Assembly: GCA_047601445.1 (NCBI GenBank)
Contig: JASGJH010000001.1
Location: forward strand, 8,608,001-8,672,000
DNA: 64,000 nucleotides
Direction of reading: 5' to 3'
Source: Myxococcales bacterium
Lineage (GTDB): Bacteria > Myxococcota_A > Polyangia > Polyangiales > DASUME01
Shown here piece by piece: positions 10,246 through 18,802 of this stretch. Below the pieces are notes generated by a model, which was given only the letters and a program-made list of their open reading frames with translations, was not told the DNA's origin and ran no database searches. Positions within the stretch are counted from its first letter, which is position 1. Every line of letters begins with the position of its first letter. Made by a program: the position numbers and the translations under genes.

Positions 10246-11628
10246 TCAGAAATGCATCGTGGATCCGATGCCCGCGAAGTCCGCTTCCATGGTGTAGACA
10301 CCGTTGCCGATGTGGTCAGCCTTGTCACGCTCCTGGGGCGGACGAATCGCCGCCGGCTGCGTGATGTCGCTGTTGGTGATGGTGCGGTTGGGCATGAACA
10401 CGTGGCCGTACACCAGGTCCAGGTCCATCACGGAGCCGACGTGGAGCGTCACGCCCATGCCCAGCACGACCTTGTTGGCGTCCAGGGTCAGCGGGGAGAG
10501 CGCGTTGTCCTTGAGCGCCGTGGTGTCGTAGGAGAGACCACCGCGGATCGTGATCTCCATGTCCTCGAGGAAGTACTCGAAGCCGCCGCGGATACTGTAG
10601 GAGTTGCTCATCAAGCGCGGGATCTTGATGCTGCCGACCTCGTAGTCGCCGATACCCACGATGTTGCGCAGGTACATGCCCTTGGTGTCGGCCGTGATGT
10701 AGTCCTGACGCGACCAACCCTCGTACACGCCCGCCACTTCGAGGCTGAGGTTCTCATTGGGGTTGATCTCGACGCCGGCGCGACCGATCCAGGGGAAGGG
10801 CACGTTGACGTCGGCCTTGTTGCCGTCGATGCGGGCGTTGTCGAAGACCGCGTTCGTGGGCAGGTGCGCCTTGATCTCGGCTTCGCCCTTGATGTTCCAG
10901 GGCGTCTGGAGCGAGGCACCGATCTTCACGGGCCCAGCCTCGTAGGTGATACCCGCGCCGATCATCACGGTGGCGAAGATGGGCAACGTGATGGTGGTCG
11001 CCACGTCGAAGGACGGGTCCTCCGGGTGCACGCATACGAAGCCATCGCAGGCGCTCAACGCGGTAGATGCTTTGAAGCGACCGGCGACCAACGCGGCCGA
11101 GACACCCAGCGAGAGGCCCTCGATGGGATGCCACGCTGCACCGAGAGCGGTGTTCGCGAAGATGCTGCCCTTGAGGGAGTAGAGCGAGTAGCGGTTGGGT
11201 GCGGGCGCGCTGCCCACGTGGTCGGGCCACGTGTAGAGAGCGAACTGCTGCACGTAGACGGCCAGGCCGAAATCCCAATCCTCGAGACCGAAGTTATTGG
11301 TGATGCCGAACAGCGGGATGGGCAGCTTGGCGACGCTGAGGTCCACCGGCTTGTACTGGTTGCCGCCGTCGTCCACGCGCGCGAATGAAGCACGCAGGAA
11401 GGCTAGGTTGCCTTCCATGCGGAAGCTGGCACCCGCGCCCTTGAGACCTGCCGGGTTGATCCAAAGCGACTCCGCGCCCTCGGCACCGGCGACGAAGGCG
11501 CCGCCGCGACCGAGTGTACGAACACCGCGTTCGGTGAGGAAGAAACCGCTGGCTTGGGCACGCTGAGGTAACAGATTCGTGACCGCGCAAAACAGCAGCG
11601 CGAGGGCAAGAAAGAGTTTCGATCGCAT
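10246..11628 (-). CDS. FadL/OmpP1/TodX family outer-membrane transporter of long-chain fatty acids or hydrophobic compounds
   Basis: Signal peptide, ASGFFLTERGVRTLGRGGAFVAG, WINPAGL hatch motif, amphipathic beta strands, C-terminal F. Confidence 0.9.
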   Translation of the reverse strand: MRSKLFLALALLFCAVTNLLPQRAQASGFFLTERGVRTLGRGGAFVAGAEGAESLWINPAGLKGAGASFRMEGNLAFLRASFARVDDGGNQYKPVDLSVAKLPIPLFGITNNFGLEDWDFGLAVYVQQFALYTWPDHVGSAPAPNRYSLYSLKGSIFANTALGAAWHPIEGLSLGVSAALVAGRFKASTALSACDGFVCVHPEDPSFDVATTITLPIFATVMIGAGITYEAGPVKIGASLQTPWNIKGEAEIKAHLPTNAVFDNARIDGNKADVNVPFPWIGRAGVEINPNENLSLEVAGVYEGWSRQDYITADTKGMYLRNIVGIGDYEVGSIKIPRLMSNSYSIRGGFEYFLEDMEITIRGGLSYDTTALKDNALSPLTLDANKVVLGMGVTLHVGSVMDLDLVYGHVFMPNRTITNSDITQPAAIRPPQERDKADHIGNGVYTMEADFAGIGSTMHF

Positions 11629-14600
11629 CAGGGCTTTTCCTGCTTCATTTCGTCGTCAGACGCGGGGGGAGGGACAGGGCTATCGGCGAGCTTCACGTTG
11701 CGGTTCTTGATCACGGCGAACAGGCGCTCGAGACCGTTGAAGTCGCTCGACAGGAAGTTGTGAGCCGTCGTGGCGATCTGCTTGAAGTCGTCGCGCTTGA
11801 GCGGTTCGGTGCTCTTCAGTGCGGGATTCTCACGCTCGATCTCGGTCGACATGTCCAGCAGCTGCTCGAGCGGCGTCTTGCCCTCGGGCGTATCGGCTAC
11901 CAGGTTCTTCAGCACCTTGGACAGGGTGGTGGGACGCTGCGTGTGCAGGATCATCACCTGGTTCAAGAGCTCCACTCCCTTGCGCAGGATGCTCGCGTTG
12001 GCGTCGGCCTTGCCATCGCCCTTCTCCACGGCTTTGCTGACGCCAGGGGCGACAGCCTCACCCGAGAGCTTGAGGATGGGCGCGATGCGACCGGTGTCCT
12101 CGAGCAGCTGGAATAGGTCCGTGGCGGCCACGATCGTGTTGCGGAAGCCGTCCGGGTTCTGCTCCTGGTCCACGAGGTGGACGATGAGCCGCATCAGCTC
12201 CTTGCCGGCCGCAGGCTCCTGCCACGACTTGTCGACCAAGTGCACGAGGCCCGCGATGAGCGGCGTGTCGAAGAAGGTGACCGAGCGCTCGCTGAGGCCG
12301 GCTGCCCACTCCGGGACGTCCCCCGCGTCCTGGTGCGCCTTGATGCGCTCCTGCAGGAACGTGAGCGTTCGCAGGAAGACCTTGTGACCGACGCGGTCCT
12401 TCAGCCGATTGGCGTTGGGATCGGTCTTGTCGATGGTGAGGAACAGGTCGACCACGTCGCTGCGGGCCTGGTGCCAGTCCTGCTGGGCCTCGGTACCGCC
12501 ATCGAGCGCAGCGAAATTCTGGTCGATGCGCTTGAGGCCGTCGAGGATGAGGTACAGCGGCGACACGTAGCCCACGTCGACGCCCACGTTGTTCTTCGCG
12601 CTGGCGCTGCCGTCGCGATAGGTCAGCTCGGCGTCGGGCTTGACCATCACTTCGACGAACTCGGCGAGGATGGTGAGGCCGGACTTGCCGTCCACCTTCA
12701 CGCTCTCGAGCGCCTTGGAAGCGACGTTCAGCGAGTGGATGAACTTGAGCTCACCGAAGATCTTGGCGAGCAGCGGCTCGTAGCTGCGCAGGTTGGTCTG
12801 ATAGGAGAAGAACTTCCCCATCGGATCGGTGTGCTGCGTGCAGGTGGTCCAGTTCTTCGCCGTGGGAGCCTGGCACTCAGCGTCGCTGCGCGCGCCCCAG
12901 TGCATGTGGAACACGTTCAGCAGGTCGGCGAACATGTAGCCGTCGGGCAGCTTGTAGCTCTTGCAGCCCAGGAAGCACTGACCGTCGATCTCGGTGGAGA
13001 GCTCGGTGTCCTCGAAAGCCGCCATCAGCGGTAGACCCGCCTCCTGGAAGCTCAGGCCACCGGCATTCTTGTGCTTCACTTCCATGGCGAAGAGCGCATA
13101 GGGCTCCACCCAGGTGATCGGCACGCCGTCGATGCCGTTGACGCCGTCGGTCAGTCCCTTCACGAACTGATTCGGCGGCGCGAACAGGAAGCGCGCCAGG
13201 GACGGGCCGGTCGGCTTGTCGGTGAAGCCGGTGATCTGGCTCTCGTCCTCCTGGATCAGACCGTTGGCCGAACCCAGGATGGAGATGTCGGGCTTCAGCG
13301 AGATGGCAGCCTTGCCCATGCAGGCCTGGCTGTAGATACGCACCATGTCGGGCACCTCGAACAGCTCGCAGGGCTTGTAGCCGCCGCTGAGCGGCAGCGT
13401 GATGCCGCCGAGGTTCTTGATCAGGTGCAGCGTGGCGCCGTCCTTGTTGCACTGCTTCTGGTTACGCAGGTTGTGAATCAGCGACATCGTGCGCTGCCAA
13501 ACGCTGCGGTTCTCGCCGACGTCGGGCATGGTGTAGTCGACCGGCGTCTTGTAGGTGACCGTGGCCTCGGCGTTGAGGTCGGCTTCCTGCTCGTCGCTGA
13601 AGAGGCCGTCCGCGCCCGCCGGCGTGAAGTCGGCGTTCTTGTACTTGGCCACGTCCTTGAAGGACATCCAGGTCTGGAAGATGGCGTCCTGCTGCACGCT
13701 CTTGTCGTCGATGATCATCTTGATCACGCGCTCGATCATGCCCTTGCGGCGACTCATGCGTTCTGCGACGGCGATCAGGTCGTCCCAGAAGCGGTGGGCG
13801 CCGCCGGGCATGCCGTCGGTCTCACCGAGCGTCTGCGCGTCGGGGAAGTCCTTCCCGAGCTCGTTCATCTGCAGCATGGTGTCCACCAGCTGCGTCATCT
13901 CGTGCTCGTGCTCGCGCATGCCGATGCGCAGCGCCTCGAGCAGCCGGCGGGTCTCGTCCGGGTGCTTGAGCAGGGCGCCCACGCCATGGACGAGGTCGTG
14001 GATCGCGCCCGTGTCCGGGTCAGGTCCGTCGAACTCCACCTTGGACTTGCCGTAGGTGACCGTGTGCTTCTTGGAGAGGCCGAACAAGGCGGGCAGGCCG
14101 CGGCCGATTTTCTCGAAAGGCGTGCGGTCCTTGTCGGTGGGGTAGGGCGTCGAGAGCCGCGCGTCCTCCTGGAGGAACGCTGCCGTCATCGTGAGGTTCG
14201 CGTCGAAGTAGTCGTAGAGCGTCTGGCCGCCGTTCAGCGCGCGGTCGTCGTCGTCGCGGTCCACACCCTTCTCGCCGAGGAGCTTGTAGGGGGTCGGGGC
14301 GCCGCCCTTGAACTTGCCCGAGGTGTCCGTGTCGGGCAGGCCGTCGCCGTCCGAGTCCTCGAACACGGAGGGCAGGGCACCGTTCTCCATCAGCGGAACG
14401 GCGACGCCACGCGAGTCGCGCTTGGTCACCCAGATCGGTGCGGCGGTCGGGAGCTCGTCCTTGTCGAGGACCGGGTCGTACACGGAGGACAGCATCAGGT
14501 CCCGCGCGATGCGCAGGGTGGAGTCCTCGGCGAGCGGAGAGTCGTCGTAGCTCGCCATCTCGAGCGCGAGGCCCTGGGCGATCTCGTCGAGCTCGAGCTC

Positions 14601-15251
14601 GCCCTTGCCACCGCGAGCCAGGAAGTGCATGCCCGTCTCGGAGAGCTTGTCGAGGTCGGGGTAGGTGAGGACCACCTTGATCAGACCGAGCGCCAGATCG
14701 AGCTTGCGGTAGCCCGTGCGGCCCGTGATCTCCGAGAAGGCCTGGAGCGCCTTCTTGCCGGTGGTATCGCCGTCGTCGATGAGGCGCGCCAGCACCGCCG
14801 CGATCGCGCGCGTGTTGCCGGGCAGGATGGGGTCGTCGCCGTCGTAGAGCGGCAAGAGCTCCTTGAGGAAGTCCGTGATCTCGTCGCCCTGGAGCTGGAC
14901 GATGACCTTCTCGGACTTCACCTCGTCGTCGCCAAGGACGCGATTCACCGCCTTCACGATGGTGTCGCGGCGCGACAGGATGGCCTTGAAGCGATCGCTA
15001 TCCTGGTACTGCTCAGGCAGCGAGTCGACGTCGCCGTTCTCACAGGCATCCTCGAACGGGAGGCCCGTGATCTCCTTCGGGTACTCTGCCTTTGCCTGAC
15101 GCTTGCAGAAGACGCGGTAGACCTCGCCACCGACACTCAACTTTTCGCGCTTGGCTCCGTAGACCCAAACATCCTTTGCGCAGCCTGCTGCGCCAGCACT
15201 CAGACCCAACGTCAAAATAAGAGCTCGTTTAAGCATCCAGGGACTCGCCAT
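11628..15251 (-). CDS. Large hypothetical lipoprotein (~1207 aa)
   Basis: RBS GGAGG before ATG 15251; LTLGLSAGAAGC lipobox; DSDGDGLPDTD Ca-binding-like loop; strong GC3 bias; TGATG overlap with fadL. Confidence 0.85.
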   Translation of the reverse strand: MASPWMLKRALILTLGLSAGAAGCAKDVWVYGAKREKLSVGGEVYRVFCKRQAKAEYPKEITGLPFEDACENGDVDSLPEQYQDSDRFKAILSRRDTIVKAVNRVLGDDEVKSEKVIVQLQGDEITDFLKELLPLYDGDDPILPGNTRAIAAVLARLIDDGDTTGKKALQAFSEITGRTGYRKLDLALGLIKVVLTYPDLDKLSETGMHFLARGGKGELELDEIAQGLALEMASYDDSPLAEDSTLRIARDLMLSSVYDPVLDKDELPTAAPIWVTKRDSRGVAVPLMENGALPSVFEDSDGDGLPDTDTSGKFKGGAPTPYKLLGEKGVDRDDDDRALNGGQTLYDYFDANLTMTAAFLQEDARLSTPYPTDKDRTPFEKIGRGLPALFGLSKKHTVTYGKSKVEFDGPDPDTGAIHDLVHGVGALLKHPDETRRLLEALRIGMREHEHEMTQLVDTMLQMNELGKDFPDAQTLGETDGMPGGAHRFWDDLIAVAERMSRRKGMIERVIKMIIDDKSVQQDAIFQTWMSFKDVAKYKNADFTPAGADGLFSDEQEADLNAEATVTYKTPVDYTMPDVGENRSVWQRTMSLIHNLRNQKQCNKDGATLHLIKNLGGITLPLSGGYKPCELFEVPDMVRIYSQACMGKAAISLKPDISILGSANGLIQEDESQITGFTDKPTGPSLARFLFAPPNQFVKGLTDGVNGIDGVPITWVEPYALFAMEVKHKNAGGLSFQEAGLPLMAAFEDTELSTEIDGQCFLGCKSYKLPDGYMFADLLNVFHMHWGARSDAECQAPTAKNWTTCTQHTDPMGKFFSYQTNLRSYEPLLAKIFGELKFIHSLNVASKALESVKVDGKSGLTILAEFVEVMVKPDAELTYRDGSASAKNNVGVDVGYVSPLYLILDGLKRIDQNFAALDGGTEAQQDWHQARSDVVDLFLTIDKTDPNANRLKDRVGHKVFLRTLTFLQERIKAHQDAGDVPEWAAGLSERSVTFFDTPLIAGLVHLVDKSWQEPAAGKELMRLIVHLVDQEQNPDGFRNTIVAATDLFQLLEDTGRIAPILKLSGEAVAPGVSKAVEKGDGKADANASILRKGVELLNQVMILHTQRPTTLSKVLKNLVADTPEGKTPLEQLLDMSTEIERENPALKSTEPLKRDDFKQIATTAHNFLSSDFNGLERLFAVIKNRNVKLADSPVPPPASDDEMKQEKP

Positions 15252-15362
15252 CGGCGACCTCCGACCAAAACCTTGCTGTTGCTCTCGTAAACAAGCGACC
15301 TGGTAGCAAAGCCCGTAGGGCCGCATCCAGGTCGCAACACTTCGTGGATAAGGGACGACCTT

Positions 15363-16934
15363 CTAACTGGCGATCAGCCCGCCCCTCCGACCTTCTTCTC
15401 GAAGCGGCTCGAGATCCTTCACGAACGCGTCGTGCAGGTCAGCCGCGAGCTGCTTGGCCTCTTCTTCGGCCGACTTGTTCATGATCAAGCGGTCCGTGGC
15501 CACGCTGCCACCGAACTTGATGACCCAGCTCTCCATGGCTTCCAGAGAAGCCGTGAGCGCGAACACGCCCGGTCCACCAGCCGTGCGGCTTCCGAGCTCG
15601 ATGTGGGACTCGACGCCCTTGCCGTCGTTGCCCTTGACCGCCGTGCGGAAGAACTCCTCGGTGATGTCCTGGATGTTGCTCGAGATGAAGACGTCCAGGA
15701 AGCCGGGCGAGAACAGGCCCAGCGCGCGGCCCTCCACCTTGACCTTGGGCATCGTCTTGATGTGCGAGTCGATCACCGTGTACGAGTCGTGCACGTCGTA
15801 CTCGGAGTCGATGCGCAGGTTCTTCAGGTTCACGATGATGCCGAGCATGTTCAGGCGCGCCTGGATGTTCACCACCGGCGCCTTGATCGACTTGGCCAAG
15901 GTGTCGAGGGGTTCATTCTCGTACACCTGATTGTCGTCGAACGGCAGGACCTGACCGTCCTTCACGTAACATTCGACGCCGAACAGCAGCTTGTCGCTGT
16001 CCACCGTGAGGCGGACCAGGTCGCGGCCGGCGTCATCCAGCACGCGCACCTTGGCGCTCAGCACGTCGTTGAGCTTGTCGATGTGCTTGGCGAAGTTCGG
16101 GTACTTGGCCTTGAGGCGGCTGGGCTCCGCGCGCATGCGCGTGGTGATGTGGAAGTAGCCGTTGGTCTCCACGGCGCGCACGTCCTCGAGACGGCCGACC
16201 GTCTGCAGAAGATCGCCGAGCGTGGGGTACGCCTCGTAGAGGATGGCGAGGCTCTCGACGTCTTCGCTGCCGAGACCGGGGTTGCTCTGCTTGATCTTGG
16301 CGATCGACGCCGCTGCAGGCTGGGGCTTGTCGCCGGTGGCCTCGCTGCCGCGGGGGTCGCCCATGGTGGCCAGGCGCGAAAGCGAGCGGCCGGCTTCCAT
16401 CAGACCGCTGTAGGAGAGCTGACCGAGGCCGAGGCCGAAGCGCGTGCCGGCCGCCAAGCTGTCGTGTTCCTTGCCCTCGTAGTGCTTGCCGTAGATCAGC
16501 AAGGACATGTCCGCCAAGCCGTTGCGGCTGTCGAGACCGACCTCGTAACCGGAGCCGGGCTCGGCGCGACTGACCAGGTACTTGCCGCCAGAGAGGGCGC
16601 CCTTGACGTGAAGCTCGCGGCGGTTGTTCCGCTCATCGGGCAACAACTTGTAGAAACCCTCGAGATCGAAGTCCTCGAACTCCTTGATGGCCTTGTCGAT
16701 GAACTTCTGGGTCGGCGGATCGACCTCGGTCTTGTGCAGGAACGCCTCGTAGGCGCCCGTTAGTCGATGAAGGGCTTTCAGCGCGGTCCCGGTGTCACCG
16801 GAGCCCTGGCTCCAGAGCACGACCATCGGGGTCCAGCCCGCGACAGTGGCGTCGAGAGAGTTAGCAGCGAGGGCCGTACCGGCGCTTAGTAGGCCGAGAC
16901 CGATGATGGCGGAGCGTGTGCGATTGGCGGTCAT
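15363..16934 (-). CDS. Hypothetical secreted protein (~520 aa); true stop may be 15374 if a +1 error near 15406 is corrected
   Basis: Signal peptide MTANRTRSAIIGLGLLSAGTALA; strong GC3 bias until the last ~14 codons. Confidence 0.8.
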   Translation of the reverse strand: MTANRTRSAIIGLGLLSAGTALAANSLDATVAGWTPMVVLWSQGSGDTGTALKALHRLTGAYEAFLHKTEVDPPTQKFIDKAIKEFEDFDLEGFYKLLPDERNNRRELHVKGALSGGKYLVSRAEPGSGYEVGLDSRNGLADMSLLIYGKHYEGKEHDSLAAGTRFGLGLGQLSYSGLMEAGRSLSRLATMGDPRGSEATGDKPQPAAASIAKIKQSNPGLGSEDVESLAILYEAYPTLGDLLQTVGRLEDVRAVETNGYFHITTRMRAEPSRLKAKYPNFAKHIDKLNDVLSAKVRVLDDAGRDLVRLTVDSDKLLFGVECYVKDGQVLPFDDNQVYENEPLDTLAKSIKAPVVNIQARLNMLGIIVNLKNLRIDSEYDVHDSYTVIDSHIKTMPKVKVEGRALGLFSPGFLDVFISSNIQDITEEFFRTAVKGNDGKGVESHIELGSRTAGGPGVFALTASLEAMESWVIKFGGSVATDRLIMNKSAEEEAKQLAADLHDAFVKDLEPLREEGRRGGLIAS

Positions 16935-17136
16935 GGGGGTGTAGGCGTAACCCTTCCTGTTCGCGAATACAGTCACCCTTTCGCTCAAACCTTTGACCGC
17001 AGGCGCTCCCCCGATTTCGCGACGGAAAACAGCTCACTCCGGTTGTTCAGTAAGTGATCTGGCACGCGCGGTCACTCGCTGATGACAAGCGATGACGTTC
17101 GCGCGGGTCACCTCCGGGTGTAGTAAGGTCAAGAGT

Positions 17137-18780
17137 ATGGTGGCCTACCGCACGGCGCCCGACCCCGCAGAGACGGGCTGGCCCAAGGGGATTCCCTACA
17201 TCATTGGAAACGAGGGGTGCGAGCGCTTCAGCTTCTACGGCATGAACGCGATTCTGTTCGTCTACCTCAGCCATCTGCTGCTCGGCAGCGGGGTGACGAA
17301 GCAGCTCGCGGAGACGCGCGCCACCGCAGTCGTGCACACGTTCGTCGCCGGGGTCTATGCCCTGCCCATGGTCGGGGCGGTCATCGCCGACCGCTGGTGG
17401 GGAAAGTATTCGACCATCGTTTGGCTCTCGCTCGTGTACTGCGCCGGCCACGCGTGCCTGGCCATCTTCGACGGAAATCTCACAGGGTCGGTGGCGGGGC
17501 TGGTGCTGATCGCGCTCGGTTCGGGCGGCATCAAACCCTGTGTGTCCGCACACGTGGGTGACCAGTTCGGCAAGGGCAACTTCGACAAGGTCGAGCGGGT
17601 CTATCAGGCCTTCTACTTCATCGTGAACGTCGGCTCCTTGTTCGCGACCTTGTTGATCCCCTGGATCCAGCGCGAGGCGGGCTTCGGCGTGGCCTTTGCG
17701 GTGCCCGGCATCTTGATGGGCATCGCGAGCGCTTGGTTCTGGATGGGACGCAAGGTGTTCGTCCACGTGCCCGCGCGGCCCGGCGGGCTCCTCGGGCTCA
17801 TCGACGTCCTGAGCAGCGTGCTGTTGTTCTTCACCATCGCGTTACCCATGTTCGGCGCGGGGCTCTTGCCGGTCTACAAGGTCCTGTCGGTGCCCTCGAA
17901 GCTCCTCGTGTCGCTGCTCTGCTTCATGCTCGGGATCCTGGTTTTTGCCTGGCGTCAGACGCGCACACCGGACGACGGCTTCTTGGCCGTGCTCTTCTAT
18001 GCGTTGCGAACGAAGTGGAAAGGCAGCGAGCTCCCGCCGCTGCCAGGGCGTGCGGAGCAGGACGCGTCCGCGGTCGACCTGAGTCCGTTCTGGGCCAGCG
18101 CGGTACGGCGTTTTGGGCGCGAGGCGGCCGAGGGACCTCCCGCGGTGCTGCGCATCGTCAGCGTGTTCGCCATGGTCAGCGTGTTCTGGGCGCTCTTCCA
18201 CCAGCATCAGTCGACCTGGATTGCGCAGGCCGCCGAGATGGATCGCTCGTTTCACCTCTTCGGCTTCAGCTTCGAAGTGCTGCCTTCGCAGGTCTCCTCG
18301 GCCAACCCGCTGCTCGTGATGTTGCTCGTGCCCCTGATGGGTGGCGTCGTTTACCCTGGCATCGCGCGCATCACGGGCCGCGCGTTCACGCTGCTGCAGC
18401 GCATGACCGTGGGCATGGTCCTCACGTCGCTCTCGTTCGTGATCGTCGCGCTCGCCCAGGAGCAGCTCGACGCGGGCGTGAAGGTGCACGTCTGGGTCCA
18501 GCTTCCAGCCTACCTGGTGTTGACGGCCAGCGAGGTGATGGTGTCCGTCACGGGGCTCGAGTTCGCGTACACCCAGGCGCCGCGGCGCATGAAGGCGCTG
18601 CTGATGGGCTTCTGGTTGTTGGCCACCTCGTTCGGCAACATCCTGGTGGCCAGGCTGTTCGAGTTCGGTGGGCTCACCCGCGCGCAGGCCTTCTGGACCT
18701 TTGCGGCGCTGATGCTGCTGGCGGGCGTCCTGTTCGGCGTGCGCGCTGCCTTCTATCGCTACAAGACCATCGTGCAGTAG
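17137..18780 (+). CDS. POT/PTR2 family proton-dependent oligopeptide transporter
   Basis: NEGCERFSFYGM (ExxERFxxY), GSGGIKPCVSAHVGDQF, FYFIVNVGS, GLEFAYTQAP; many TM helices. Confidence 0.95.
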   Translation: MVAYRTAPDPAETGWPKGIPYIIGNEGCERFSFYGMNAILFVYLSHLLLGSGVTKQLAETRATAVVHTFVAGVYALPMVGAVIADRWWGKYSTIVWLSLVYCAGHACLAIFDGNLTGSVAGLVLIALGSGGIKPCVSAHVGDQFGKGNFDKVERVYQAFYFIVNVGSLFATLLIPWIQREAGFGVAFAVPGILMGIASAWFWMGRKVFVHVPARPGGLLGLIDVLSSVLLFFTIALPMFGAGLLPVYKVLSVPSKLLVSLLCFMLGILVFAWRQTRTPDDGFLAVLFYALRTKWKGSELPPLPGRAEQDASAVDLSPFWASAVRRFGREAAEGPPAVLRIVSVFAMVSVFWALFHQHQSTWIAQAAEMDRSFHLFGFSFEVLPSQVSSANPLLVMLLVPLMGGVVYPGIARITGRAFTLLQRMTVGMVLTSLSFVIVALAQEQLDAGVKVHVWVQLPAYLVLTASEVMVSVTGLEFAYTQAPRRMKALLMGFWLLATSFGNILVARLFEFGGLTRAQAFWTFAALMLLAGVLFGVRAAFYRYKTIVQ

Positions 18781-18802
18781 GCCTTGTAGCGACTCGGTTC
18801 CG

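Noticed and set aside
9900..10328. N-terminal extension of the 9420 ORF to 10328
   Set aside because: It runs through the riboswitch, a terminator and the fadL end; RBS and lipoprotein signal support ATG 9899.
13071..15290. Long antisense ORFs (e.g. 13071-15290, 18986-20887, 55932-57863, 1-1266)
   Set aside because: Shadow frames of GC3-biased genes on the other strand; no recognisable motifs.
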